Below, piece by piece: positions 17,724 to 26,353 of a stretch of DNA of 41,422 bases. Both the position numbers and the translations under genes were made by a program. Position 1 is the first letter of the stretch; each line of letters opens with the position of its first letter. Origin of the DNA: Phycisphaeraceae bacterium (GTDB lineage Bacteria; Planctomycetota; Phycisphaerae; Phycisphaerales; SM1A02). The DNA lies in the NCBI GenBank assembly GCA_040382255.1, contig JBEIFT010000001.1, forward strand, positions 1 through 41,422, written 5' to 3'. The notes beneath the pieces are model-generated. The model saw only the letters and a program-made list of their open reading frames with translations. It was not told where the DNA came from and ran no database searches.

Positions 17724-18803
17724 ATGCGAATGCCTGCCCTCGCATCCCTCGCAGTGCTTGCCGCGGCGGTGCTGGCGGCGGCGCGCGCACCGTCCTCGGC
17801 GCCGGGCGTGCCCTTCGATCACGTGGTGCTGGTCTCCGTCGACGGACTGCGCCCCGATGCGATCGACGGCCCAGAGGATGGCGAACTGCCCGCATTCCGC
17901 CGCCTGCAGCGTGGGCCGCACACGCTGCAGGCCCGCTCCGACCCGACCTACACAATCACCCTGCCCAACCACGTCGGCATGGTCACGGGCCGGATCCTTG
18001 CCGGTCCGGACGGCCACGGCTGGAAGCTGAACGACGACCCGCCGGCGGTTCGCGACGGCGGCACGATCCAGGCATCGCGCGGCCACTACGTCGCCAGCAT
18101 GTTCGACGTGGCCCACGACCGCGGCGTGCGCACGCAGGTGGTGGTCACCAAGACCAAGTTCACGCTGTTCGTGCAGAGCTGGGACGAGACCAGCGGCGCG
18201 CCCGACCAGGTGGAGCCCGACCAGGGGCGCGCGAAGATCGACGCCTTCACGTTCGTCCGCAACGCCGGCGACGCCGCGGCGGTCGCCGCGCAGATGCTGC
18301 GCGGCTCGACCGGCCGCACCCTGACGTTCCTGCACCTGGGCAACCCCGACTTCGTCGGCCACGCCGAGGGATGGGTGATGACCCCGGGCTCCGCGTACCG
18401 AAAGGCGGTCGCGGAGTGCGATGCGGCGATCGGCATGCTGTTCCAGGCGATCGACGCCGAGCCACGGCTCCGTGGGCACGTGGCAATCGTCCTGACCGCC
18501 GACCACGGCGGCGGCAAGCCGCTCCGTTCGCACGTCGAGCACCGCCAGCCCGAGGACTACCTGGTGCCGTTCCTGGTGTGGCTTGGCGCGGACCGCGAGC
18601 CGCAGGAACTGCTGGCGCTGAATGCGGATCGCCGCCTCATCGTGCCGGCCGGCGAATACGTGCCCGCTGAGCGGACCCCGGCACCCATCCGCAACGCCGA
18701 GGCGGGAAACACGGCGCTCCAGCTGATGGGGCTGCCGCCGATCCCGGGCTCCACCGCGAACGCCAAGCAGGACCTGCGGCTTGCACCGGAGGCGTCCAAG
18801 TGA
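17724..18803 (+). CDS. exported alkaline-phosphatase-superfamily enzyme, ENPP-type phosphodiesterase/pyrophosphatase
   Basis: Signal peptide MRMPALASLAVLAAAVLAAARA. Blocks VVLVSVDGLRPDAI, TYTITLPNHVGMVTG (nucleophile Thr block), FLHLGNPDFVGHAEGW and VLTADHGG. ATG 17724 is 11 nt after the P450 stop. Confidence 0.8.
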   Translation: MRMPALASLAVLAAAVLAAARAPSSAPGVPFDHVVLVSVDGLRPDAIDGPEDGELPAFRRLQRGPHTLQARSDPTYTITLPNHVGMVTGRILAGPDGHGWKLNDDPPAVRDGGTIQASRGHYVASMFDVAHDRGVRTQVVVTKTKFTLFVQSWDETSGAPDQVEPDQGRAKIDAFTFVRNAGDAAAVAAQMLRGSTGRTLTFLHLGNPDFVGHAEGWVMTPGSAYRKAVAECDAAIGMLFQAIDAEPRLRGHVAIVLTADHGGGKPLRSHVEHRQPEDYLVPFLVWLGADREPQELLALNADRRLIVPAGEYVPAERTPAPIRNAEAGNTALQLMGLPPIPGSTANAKQDLRLAPEASK

Positions 18804-19894
18804 CCGGGACCACCCGACCCGGGTACACCGGCACCTGCTACGCGCTGTTCGCCTTCGAGGTGGGCTTCGCGATCGACCTCGACCGCGCGCAGCGTCGGCT
18901 GGCCAGCGCGGGCCGGGCCGGGCTCCGTGAGGATGCGCGCACCGGCGCCGGCACCGACTTCGAGCCGCGGCCGCTGCGGGTCACCGCGTCGGCGGAACCC
19001 GTCGAGGCCGGCGGATTCACCAGCCGGCCGGAGGCGCTGGTCACGATCTTCGACTTCGGCGCGATCGCCATCCGCTTCGAGCTGCCGCTCACCGGCGACC
19101 ACGAGGCCCTGATCGGCATCGAGCGGACGGTGACGGGCTGCGCACCGCTCCGCGACGCGGCCCGCGCCATCGCCCAGCGGGTCGCCGCGGGGATCGGCGA
19201 CGCCGTCCAGCGCCCCGCGCTCTCGGACCGCGTCGAGGACTATGTCGTGCTGCACCTTCTGCCGGACCCTTCGCATGCCGGCGCAGCCGACCTGCTGCCC
19301 ACGTCGCTCGCCGCGCGCATCCTGCGCGGGGAGCCCGGGCCGCTCTCGGCGCAGGAAATCGAGGAAGCCACCCGCTGCACGGTGAGCTACGCGCCCGGCG
19401 ACCTGGCGATCATCGACTGGAACGCGGCCATCGTCGTGGACCGCGACCCGGCCGACGCCCTGGCCATGCTCGAGTTCGCGAACGTCGAGCTGGTCGAGAT
19501 GCGCCACCTGGACGACCGTCTGGACGCCGCGCTGGAGGAGGCGTTCTCGCTCACCACCAACGCGCTCCGCGGGCGTCGCCTGCTGGCGGTCGAGACCGGC
19601 CGGCACGTCCGACGCATCGCCGAGCTGCAGGTCGACGCGACCGCGCTGTTCGAGAGCGTCGACAACGCGCTCAAGCTGTTCGGCGACCGGTGGCTGGCGC
19701 GCCTGCACGACGCCGCGACCCGGCGCCTGCACATCGACGACTACGAGCGCAGCGTGCTGCGCAAGATCGACACGCTCTCCTCGATCTACGGCACGATGCG
19801 CGACCGGCAGGCGCAGCTGCGCGCCGAGATCCTGGAGTGGATCGTGATCACGCTGATCGCGGTCGAGCTGGTGGCGATCGCGTTCCGGCACTGA
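18800..19894 (+). CDS. DUF155 / RMD1-family-like protein with a C-terminal TM helix
   Basis: The GTG start overlaps the upstream stop (GTGA at 18800-18803). The C-terminus LRAEILEWIVITLIAVELVAIAFRH and the preceding helical region fit my memory of the RMD1/DUF155 pattern (...LEWIIIxLIxxE...). Not verified by search. Confidence 0.6.
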   Translation: MTGTTRPGYTGTCYALFAFEVGFAIDLDRAQRRLASAGRAGLREDARTGAGTDFEPRPLRVTASAEPVEAGGFTSRPEALVTIFDFGAIAIRFELPLTGDHEALIGIERTVTGCAPLRDAARAIAQRVAAGIGDAVQRPALSDRVEDYVVLHLLPDPSHAGAADLLPTSLAARILRGEPGPLSAQEIEEATRCTVSYAPGDLAIIDWNAAIVVDRDPADALAMLEFANVELVEMRHLDDRLDAALEEAFSLTTNALRGRRLLAVETGRHVRRIAELQVDATALFESVDNALKLFGDRWLARLHDAATRRLHIDDYERSVLRKIDTLSSIYGTMRDRQAQLRAEILEWIVITLIAVELVAIAFRH

Positions 19895-19930
19895 CCGCGG
19901 GTGCCGGCGCGGGCCCGTGCCGCCTGCGGC

Positions 19931-20746
19931 TCACTTGCCCTGCGCGCGCTTCATCAGCCGCTCGACCATCGATGGCTTGGCATCGGGGTCCGCGGCCGCG
20001 ACATCCTCGGACTGCGGGGCCGCGTCCCACAGGCGCGCCGCCAGCCGCGTGAGCGGCATCGTCTGCAGCCAGACGCGCCCGGGGCCCTTCAGCGTCGCGA
20101 GGAAGATGCCCTCGCCGCCGAAGACCATGTTGCGGAGGCCCTGCATCAGCTCGACGTCGAACTGCACCGACGGGTCGTAGGCGACCAGGCAACCGGTGTC
20201 GATCCGCAGCACCTCGCCGTCGGCCAGCTGCCGCTCGATGATCGACCCGCAGGCGTGGGCCAGCACCAGCGCGCCCTTCTCGGCGCACGAGATCCGCTGC
20301 AGGATGAAGCCCTCGCCGCCGAAGATGCCCACCAGGATCCGCTTCTGGAACGAGACCGCGAAGTCGATGTCCCGCGATCCCGCCACGAACGCGGTCTTCT
20401 GCAGGATGATGCCGTCGGGGTGGCCGTCCAGCTCGAACGGGATGATCTTGCCCGGGTACGGCGCGGCGAAGCCCAGCTGCGCCTTCGCGCTGCCGGTGTT
20501 CTCGAACCGCGTGACGAAGAAGCCGTCGCCCGAGATGCGCCGCGTCGCGGCCTCGACGACCGTGCCGACGATGCCGGGATCCTCCAGGTGCGTGGTGAGG
20601 CCGGTGTCCATCCGCACGGACTCCTCCATGAACAGCATGCAGCCCAGGCTCCCCACGATGCTCTGGCCCGGCGCAAGCGTCACCACGGCCGCCTGCAGCA
20701 GGTCGCCGACGATCTCGTAGCCGAAGGTGTGGGTCTTTTTCGTCAT
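19931..20746 (-). CDS. AIM24 / TIGR00266-family protein
   Basis: Typical repeated beta-rich pattern with GGEGFILQRISC.. and FGGEGIFLATLKGPGRVWLQTMP blocks. Confidence 0.8.
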   Translation of the reverse strand: MTKKTHTFGYEIVGDLLQAAVVTLAPGQSIVGSLGCMLFMEESVRMDTGLTTHLEDPGIVGTVVEAATRRISGDGFFVTRFENTGSAKAQLGFAAPYPGKIIPFELDGHPDGIILQKTAFVAGSRDIDFAVSFQKRILVGIFGGEGFILQRISCAEKGALVLAHACGSIIERQLADGEVLRIDTGCLVAYDPSVQFDVELMQGLRNMVFGGEGIFLATLKGPGRVWLQTMPLTRLAARLWDAAPQSEDVAAADPDAKPSMVERLMKRAQGK

Positions 20747-20791
20747 GGCGTCAGGCTACCTGCCGGGCCCGCACGGGAATACCATCGGGCC

Positions 20792-21682
20792 ATGCGCTGC
20801 CTTCGGATCACCTGCGTCGCATTCGCGTCCGCTCCCCTGCTCATGGCCACCGCGTGCAACTCGGTGAGCGGCACCAACCGTTCGCAGCTCAATTTCCTGT
20901 CCGAGGCCGAGGAACGTTCCCTGGGTGACCAGGCCTACACCGAGGCGCTCGGCGAGAAGGGCGTCAAGGTCGTCACGACCGGCCCGGACGCCGAGAGGGT
21001 GCGGCGCGTCGGCGCGCGCATCCAGGCGGTGGCGGCGCGGCTGCATCCCAAGGCCGTGCGCGGGTTCGACTGGTCGTGGACGCTGGTCGACGACCCGAAG
21101 CAGGTCAACGCATGGATGCTTCCCGGCGGCAAGTCGGTCGCATACACCGGCATCCTGCGGGTCGCGTCCAGCGATGACCAGCTGGCGGTCGTCCTGGGCC
21201 ACGAGGCCTCCCACGCGATCGCGCGGCACGGCGGCGAGCGGATCTCGTCGGACATGGTGCTCAACGGCGCGCTGACCGGCGCGTCGATGGCGCTTGGCAA
21301 CCTGGACGGCCCCACCCAGGCGGCCGTCATGCAGGCGCTGGGCGCAGGCACGACCGTCGGCGTCGCGCTCCCCTGGAGCCGGATGCAGGAGACCGAGGCC
21401 GACGAGCTTGGGCTGCTGATCGCAGCCGACGCGGGCTACGACCCGCGCGCCGCGATCCCCTTCTGGACCCAGATGGCGGCTGCCGGCGGAAACAACGCAC
21501 CGCCCGAGTTCCTCTCGACGCACCCGGGCGACGAGTCCCGCGTCAAGCGCCTGCGCGCGCTCATGCCGAAGGCGCTGCGCGCCTACGCCGCAGCGATCGC
21601 CCGCGACGGCGGGCCGGCGCCGGGGTCGCAGCCCTTGGGACCGGCGCCCGCCACCGCGTCCGAGGCGGCGAAGAAGAACTGA
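20792..21682 (+). CDS. M48-family zinc metallopeptidase lipoprotein
   Basis: Lipobox LLMATAC. Zinc site HEASHAIARH (HExxH) plus downstream ETEADELG. ATG 20792 lies within the long track ORF 19901..21682. Confidence 0.85.
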   Translation: MRCLRITCVAFASAPLLMATACNSVSGTNRSQLNFLSEAEERSLGDQAYTEALGEKGVKVVTTGPDAERVRRVGARIQAVAARLHPKAVRGFDWSWTLVDDPKQVNAWMLPGGKSVAYTGILRVASSDDQLAVVLGHEASHAIARHGGERISSDMVLNGALTGASMALGNLDGPTQAAVMQALGAGTTVGVALPWSRMQETEADELGLLIAADAGYDPRAAIPFWTQMAAAGGNNAPPEFLSTHPGDESRVKRLRALMPKALRAYAAAIARDGGPAPGSQPLGPAPATASEAAKKN

Positions 21683-21688
21683 TCCCGC

Positions 21689-22882
21689 TCAGCGGACGGG
21701 CGCGAGCCGCGTCAGGCGTTCCGCAGCGGCCGAGATCGTCTCGTGCGTCTTGCAGAATGCGAAGCGCACCAGGCCGGTCGCCTCGGCGTCCTTGCCGCCG
21801 TCCGGGCCCGGGGCATAGAACGCGCTGCACGGGATGCAGGCCACGCCCACGTCGCGCACCAGGTGCGTGGCGAAGTCGACGTCCGTCGCGTGCCCGAAGC
21901 GGCGATGCTCCGCCAGCACGAAGTACGAGCCCTCCGGCACGTAGGGGTCGAAGCCCGCGGCGCGAAGCGCGGAAAGCATGGCCTGGCGGCGCGCGTCGTA
22001 GTCCACGCGCAGCTCCAGGTAGTAGGACTCGGGCGCGGCAAGCGCTTCGACCGCCGCGCGCTGGAGCGGCGTGGCCGAGCAGAACGTCAGGAACTGGTGC
22101 GCCGCGCGGATGCCCGCCGTCAGCGCGGGCGGCGCGATCGCCCAGCCGATCTTCCAGCCCGTCAGGCTGAAGCTCTTGCCCAAGCTCGAGAGCACGATCG
22201 TCCGTTCCCGCATGCCCGGAAGCGTCGCGATCGAACGGTGCGGCCGCCCGTACCAGAGGTCCTCGTAGACCTCGTCGGAGACCACGAGGCAACCGTTCGT
22301 GCGGGCGATCTCGGCGATCCCGGCCAGCTCCGCGTCGGTCAGCACGCGTCCCGTCGGGTTGTGCGGCGTGTTGACCAGGATCAGCTTGGTACGCGGGCTC
22401 ACCGCGCGGCGCAGCTCATCCAACGGGAACGCGAAGTCCGGCGCGTGCAGCCGGACGGTGCGCAGCACGCCCCCGGCCATCGCGACGCACGCCGCGTACG
22501 AGTCGTAGAACGGCTCGACCAGCACGACCTCGTCGCCCTCGTCCACCAGGCCAAGCATCACGGCCGCGATCGCCTCGGTGCAGCCGCTGGTGACGGTGAC
22601 CTCGGCGTCGGGATCGGCCTCCAGCCCGGACGACCGCTTCCAGCGCGCCGCGATCGCGCGCGTCGCCTCGGGCAGGCCGAAGGTGCGCGCGTACTGGCCG
22701 TGCCCCTCGCGGATCGCCTGGATCGCCGCGTCCTTCACGAACGCGGGGCCGTCGAAGTTGGGGAAGCCCTGTCCCAGGTTCACCGCACCATGCTGCGCGG
22801 CCAGGCGGCTGATGGTGGCGAAGACGCTCTCGCCGAACGGGCGCAGGCGACGCGAGGTGCCGAAGTTGCGTGGGTCAGTCAT
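21689..22882 (-). CDS. class I/II PLP-dependent aminotransferase (YbdL/kynurenine-aminotransferase-like)
   Basis: Blocks NLGQGFPNFDGP, NTPHNPTGRV and SLGKSFSLTGWKIGW (PLP-lysine block). Confidence 0.9.
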   Translation of the reverse strand: MTDPRNFGTSRRLRPFGESVFATISRLAAQHGAVNLGQGFPNFDGPAFVKDAAIQAIREGHGQYARTFGLPEATRAIAARWKRSSGLEADPDAEVTVTSGCTEAIAAVMLGLVDEGDEVVLVEPFYDSYAACVAMAGGVLRTVRLHAPDFAFPLDELRRAVSPRTKLILVNTPHNPTGRVLTDAELAGIAEIARTNGCLVVSDEVYEDLWYGRPHRSIATLPGMRERTIVLSSLGKSFSLTGWKIGWAIAPPALTAGIRAAHQFLTFCSATPLQRAAVEALAAPESYYLELRVDYDARRQAMLSALRAAGFDPYVPEGSYFVLAEHRRFGHATDVDFATHLVRDVGVACIPCSAFYAPGPDGGKDAEATGLVRFAFCKTHETISAAAERLTRLAPVR

Positions 22883-25508
22883 GGGGTATCCCGGGCAGTG
22901 CCGCGCCCGGAGCGGACCGCAGCCGGACGTCCAGCTGCGGCGAGGCGACGCGGATGCCGGCGTCGCGCAGCAGGCGGTCGATGCGCACGATCGCGTCGTG
23001 GCGGCTCAACGCGCCATCCGCGGCGCCGGCCACCCAGAACCACACCTCGAACTCGACGGCGCCCGGGCCGAATCCGCGCAGCATGACCTGCGGCGCGGGG
23101 CTGGCAAGCACGCGGTCCGCGCCGACCACGCCCTGCATCAGCGCGCGTTCGGCGGCGGCAAGGTCGGAGCCGAGCTCCACGCCCACCGTCAGCACGTGCC
23201 GCAGCGGCAGGCCGTCGAGCGTCCAGTTCACGATGCGGCCCGTGATGAACTGCTTGTTCGGGATGATGACTTCCTTGTTGTCGGCGTCCAGGATCTGGGT
23301 GGCGCGCGTGGCGATCTTGGTGACGCGGCCCGTGATGCCGTCCACCGTCACGACGTCGCCGACCCGGACCGGGCGCTCGGCCAGCATGACCAGGCCCGAG
23401 AAGAAGTTCGCGAAGATCTCCTGCAGGCCGAAACCCAGGCCGACGGTCGCGGCGGCGGCAAGCCACTGGACGTTTCCCCAGCCGATGCCCAGCGACGCGA
23501 AGGTCGCGACCAGGCCGGCGATGACCAGTACGTACCGCCCCATCGCCACGATCGCGTACCGCGTGCTGGAGTCGAACGGGAAACGCCGCAGGATCGCGAT
23601 GTTGAGCACGCCGGGCAGGTCGCGGACCAGGGCCCCAGTGACCACCACCGACATCACCGCGAACGCGGCGTTGGCCAGGGTCACCGGCGTGCCCGGCGCC
23701 GTGTCGGTCGCACCGACCGTCCACAGCGTCACCGTGCGCACGATCCCGAACGCGGGCAGCAGGTCGCTCCACGCCCAGGCAAGCCCGACCAGGACGGTCA
23801 GGAACGTCAGCAGGCGCGTGATGCGCTCCACCTGCTCCGCCGCGCGCTGGTCGGCCTGCGCCTCGGCATCGCCGCCAAGGCCAAGGCCGAACTTCTCCAG
23901 CGGCCGCGTGCCGACGCGCGCCGCCATGGAGAGCGCAACCGCGACACCGAGCAGCACCCAGTAGCTGCGCGGCAGGTTCCAGACGATCACCGATGCCGTG
24001 ATCACGTAGCCCGCCGCCGCGGCCGCGGCCAGCGCCATCGGCATCAGGACGAGCGCCGGGTACCAGCACGGCCGGAGGATCGCGGTCCAGCCGCGCGGCG
24101 CGCGCGACAGGAGCGGCGCCACGATGCCGGCGTCGCGCGCGAAGAGCCGCGCGCTGACGGCGGTCATGACCAGCAACGCCAGGATCACCGCCCACCGCGC
24201 AAGCGCACCGCCGCCGGAAGCCTCGTCCGTGCGCACGGCCGTGAACGCCGCGAAGAGGAGCGGCACGACCACCACGCCGATCGTCACTGCCGCCCGTCGA
24301 AGGGCGACGACGGTGACGGTCGGCCACCGGAAGTGCACCAGGGCGACTCCGCCCGGCATGCACAGGGCATGCAGGAACGTGACCAGGTATGCCAGCCCCG
24401 CAAGCCCCGCCAGTGCATCGCCGAACGGTCCCAGGCTGCCGGCCGACGACGTCGCCTGGATCGCCCCGCCGAAGAGGCGCATCGACGCGGGGATGGGTGC
24501 CGCGAGCACGGCGGTCGCCAGCAGGCCGCGGACCGTGTGGCGTGCGCGGTCGTTCTCCTGGCCGACCAGCCCGCCGCTGGCGACCAGCGCCCGGTGCATG
24601 CGGCCGCGAAGCGCCAGCAGCAGCAGGACGACCACGGCGGCGCCCAGCCACCGCAACGGCACCTGGCGCGCGCTCGCGGACAGGCCATCGACCACCGACG
24701 TCCAGAACGCGCCGCTGCCGTACTCCGCCGCCTGCGCCGCGATGTCGAGCAGGTCGCCCCCGCCGATCGGCGGCATGTTCGGCAGCCAGATCACGTGCGC
24801 GCCGATCAGCGCGCGGTACCGATCGACGGCGTCGACGTACTCGGACTGCACGGACTCGTACTCGGAGAGCAGGCCGGAGCGGCGCGCATCGGCGGCAAGC
24901 AACGGCAGCAGGAATCGCCGCACGCGGTCGCGCAACGCGGCCTCCACCGCAGGGATCGCGGCACGGTCATCGCCGGCGATGGCCGCGGCCGATGCAGCTG
25001 GACGGTCCAGCGCCGCAAGCTCGTCCGCCACGTCGATGCGCGCGATCTCGGCGTCCGCCGCGCGCTGCTTGGTGCGGTCGAGCGCCGCGCGCTCGGTGCG
25101 CTGCACCGGCAGGTCGCGGCGATGGCGCAGCAGCACCGACGCCACGGGGCCCGCGCTCGAGCCCGAAAGCCGGATGCGGTCCTCGTCCGCACGCATCTGC
25201 CGCTGCACGTCGCCCAGGCGGTCACGAAGCCTGGTCAACTCGCCCCAGTCCACGTCGATCGCCTCGATCGCCCGGATGAGCGCCTGCGCGGTCTCCAGGT
25301 TCCGGCGCGCGACCGCCTGCAACGGCGCGGATGCGGCTGCGGCGAGCTCGGATTCGGCCTGGGAAGCCAGCGCGCGCGCCTCGGCGACGGTCGGGATCCG
25401 CGGCGTGTCGGACGTCTGCGCCGGCTGGTCCGCCGCACGCGCCGGGCAGGCGAACGCCAGCACGCACCCCAGCACCAGGACAATCGCCATTCGAACCGCG
25501 CGCATCAT
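22875..25508 (-). CDS. large MscK/KefA-like mechanosensitive channel (MscS family)
   Basis: Signal peptide MMRAVRMAIVLVLGCVLAFACPARA, a long coiled periplasmic region, many TM helices, and the MscS core FANFFSGLVMLAERPVRVGDVVTVDGITGRVTKIATRATQILDADNKEVIIPN. Its 3' end overlaps the aminotransferase start by 8 nt. Confidence 0.85.
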   Translation of the reverse strand: MMRAVRMAIVLVLGCVLAFACPARAADQPAQTSDTPRIPTVAEARALASQAESELAAAASAPLQAVARRNLETAQALIRAIEAIDVDWGELTRLRDRLGDVQRQMRADEDRIRLSGSSAGPVASVLLRHRRDLPVQRTERAALDRTKQRAADAEIARIDVADELAALDRPAASAAAIAGDDRAAIPAVEAALRDRVRRFLLPLLAADARRSGLLSEYESVQSEYVDAVDRYRALIGAHVIWLPNMPPIGGGDLLDIAAQAAEYGSGAFWTSVVDGLSASARQVPLRWLGAAVVVLLLLALRGRMHRALVASGGLVGQENDRARHTVRGLLATAVLAAPIPASMRLFGGAIQATSSAGSLGPFGDALAGLAGLAYLVTFLHALCMPGGVALVHFRWPTVTVVALRRAAVTIGVVVVPLLFAAFTAVRTDEASGGGALARWAVILALLVMTAVSARLFARDAGIVAPLLSRAPRGWTAILRPCWYPALVLMPMALAAAAAAGYVITASVIVWNLPRSYWVLLGVAVALSMAARVGTRPLEKFGLGLGGDAEAQADQRAAEQVERITRLLTFLTVLVGLAWAWSDLLPAFGIVRTVTLWTVGATDTAPGTPVTLANAAFAVMSVVVTGALVRDLPGVLNIAILRRFPFDSSTRYAIVAMGRYVLVIAGLVATFASLGIGWGNVQWLAAAATVGLGFGLQEIFANFFSGLVMLAERPVRVGDVVTVDGITGRVTKIATRATQILDADNKEVIIPNKQFITGRIVNWTLDGLPLRHVLTVGVELGSDLAAAERALMQGVVGADRVLASPAPQVMLRGFGPGAVEFEVWFWVAGAADGALSRHDAIVRIDRLLRDAGIRVASPQLDVRLRSAPGAALPGIPHD

Positions 25509-25515
25509 GTGCGGA

Positions 25516-26304
25516 TCATATCGATGCAGCGTGCGCCCGGACCCACGGCGTGAACGTGCCGAAGCGCCCGCGCGGCCGCAGCCAGTCGACGTACGCCGCG
25601 AAGCGGTCGCACGCGCGCTCGCCGTCGACCGCGCGCATGTAGCGCGGCAGGCCGCTCTTCGCCAGGTCGAGGAACTCCCACGGGTGCCAGAAGACGTTGA
25701 GAAGTCCGTCGTGCTCCAGGCAGCGCGCGCTCGCGTCGCGCACCAGCGGCATCGGGAAGTTCTTCCACGCCAGCCAGAAGAGCGGGAAGCGGACCACGGG
25801 GGTGGCCGAGACGGGCAGCTCGACCAGCTTGCCCTTGCGGTAGGGCACGCGCGGCTTGCCCAGGTTGTTGTAGCGGCCGGGCAGGAAGATCGGGTTCTCC
25901 GAGCTGTCCCACAGGTAGCCGGCATCCAGGATCGCCTGCGGGTCGGTGGGCTGCAGGCGCGCGCGGCGGAAGCCAAGCACCTCCTGCCCGCTGGACTCGC
26001 GCAGAGCCTGCCGGCTGATCGCCAGGTCGGCATTCTCGAACGTCCGGTGGACCCGACCGTGGCTGCCGATCTCGTGCTTCGCCGCCGCGCGCCGCTGCAG
26101 CGCCGGATGCCACGCGGCGAAGCTGGCCGTCGTGAACATCGTCGCCGGCACCCCCAGCCGGTCCAGCATGTCCAGCACGCGCTCCTGCCCGCGGCCGCCG
26201 ACCTCCATCTGCCGCTCCGTGGAGAGATCGCGGCCACGTTCGACCGGCGCGTCGAACTCCTCGACGTCGAAGCTCAGGAGGATCGTGGGGTCGGTTGATC
26301 GCAT
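25516..26304 (-). CDS. polysaccharide deacetylase-family protein (NodB / DUF3473-like)
   Basis: ILLSFDVEEF and HEIGSHGRVH blocks resemble the VDVEDYF / HE(I/L)xSHG pattern. Start set at ATG 26304 (MRSTDP). The stop is 7 nt before the channel start. Confidence 0.7.
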   Translation of the reverse strand: MRSTDPTILLSFDVEEFDAPVERGRDLSTERQMEVGGRGQERVLDMLDRLGVPATMFTTASFAAWHPALQRRAAAKHEIGSHGRVHRTFENADLAISRQALRESSGQEVLGFRRARLQPTDPQAILDAGYLWDSSENPIFLPGRYNNLGKPRVPYRKGKLVELPVSATPVVRFPLFWLAWKNFPMPLVRDASARCLEHDGLLNVFWHPWEFLDLAKSGLPRYMRAVDGERACDRFAAYVDWLRPRGRFGTFTPWVRAHAASI

Positions 26305-26353
26305 CGCATGCCGCGGCGGGCGCCGCCTCGTTACCATCGCGATCATACGGACC

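Noticed and set aside
14800-17955. 1051-aa minus-strand ORF spanning the MscS-cNMP, P450 and phosphodiesterase genes.
   Set aside because: The translation is Arg/Ala/Gly/His-rich with no motif. It lies antisense to three genes with clear family signatures. This is the typical stop-codon-poor shadow frame of GC-rich DNA.
22578-25553. 991-aa plus-strand ORF antisense to the MscK-like channel. Similar long shadow ORFs occur at 1831-3999, 3393-5678, 5769-7556, 8486-9883, 11038-12729, 25505-27502, 36916-39450 and 39252-41336.
   Set aside because: The composition is extreme (runs of R, A, G, P, D and H) and there are no recognisable domains. In every case the opposite strand or another frame encodes a protein with strong motifs and the expected GC3 bias.
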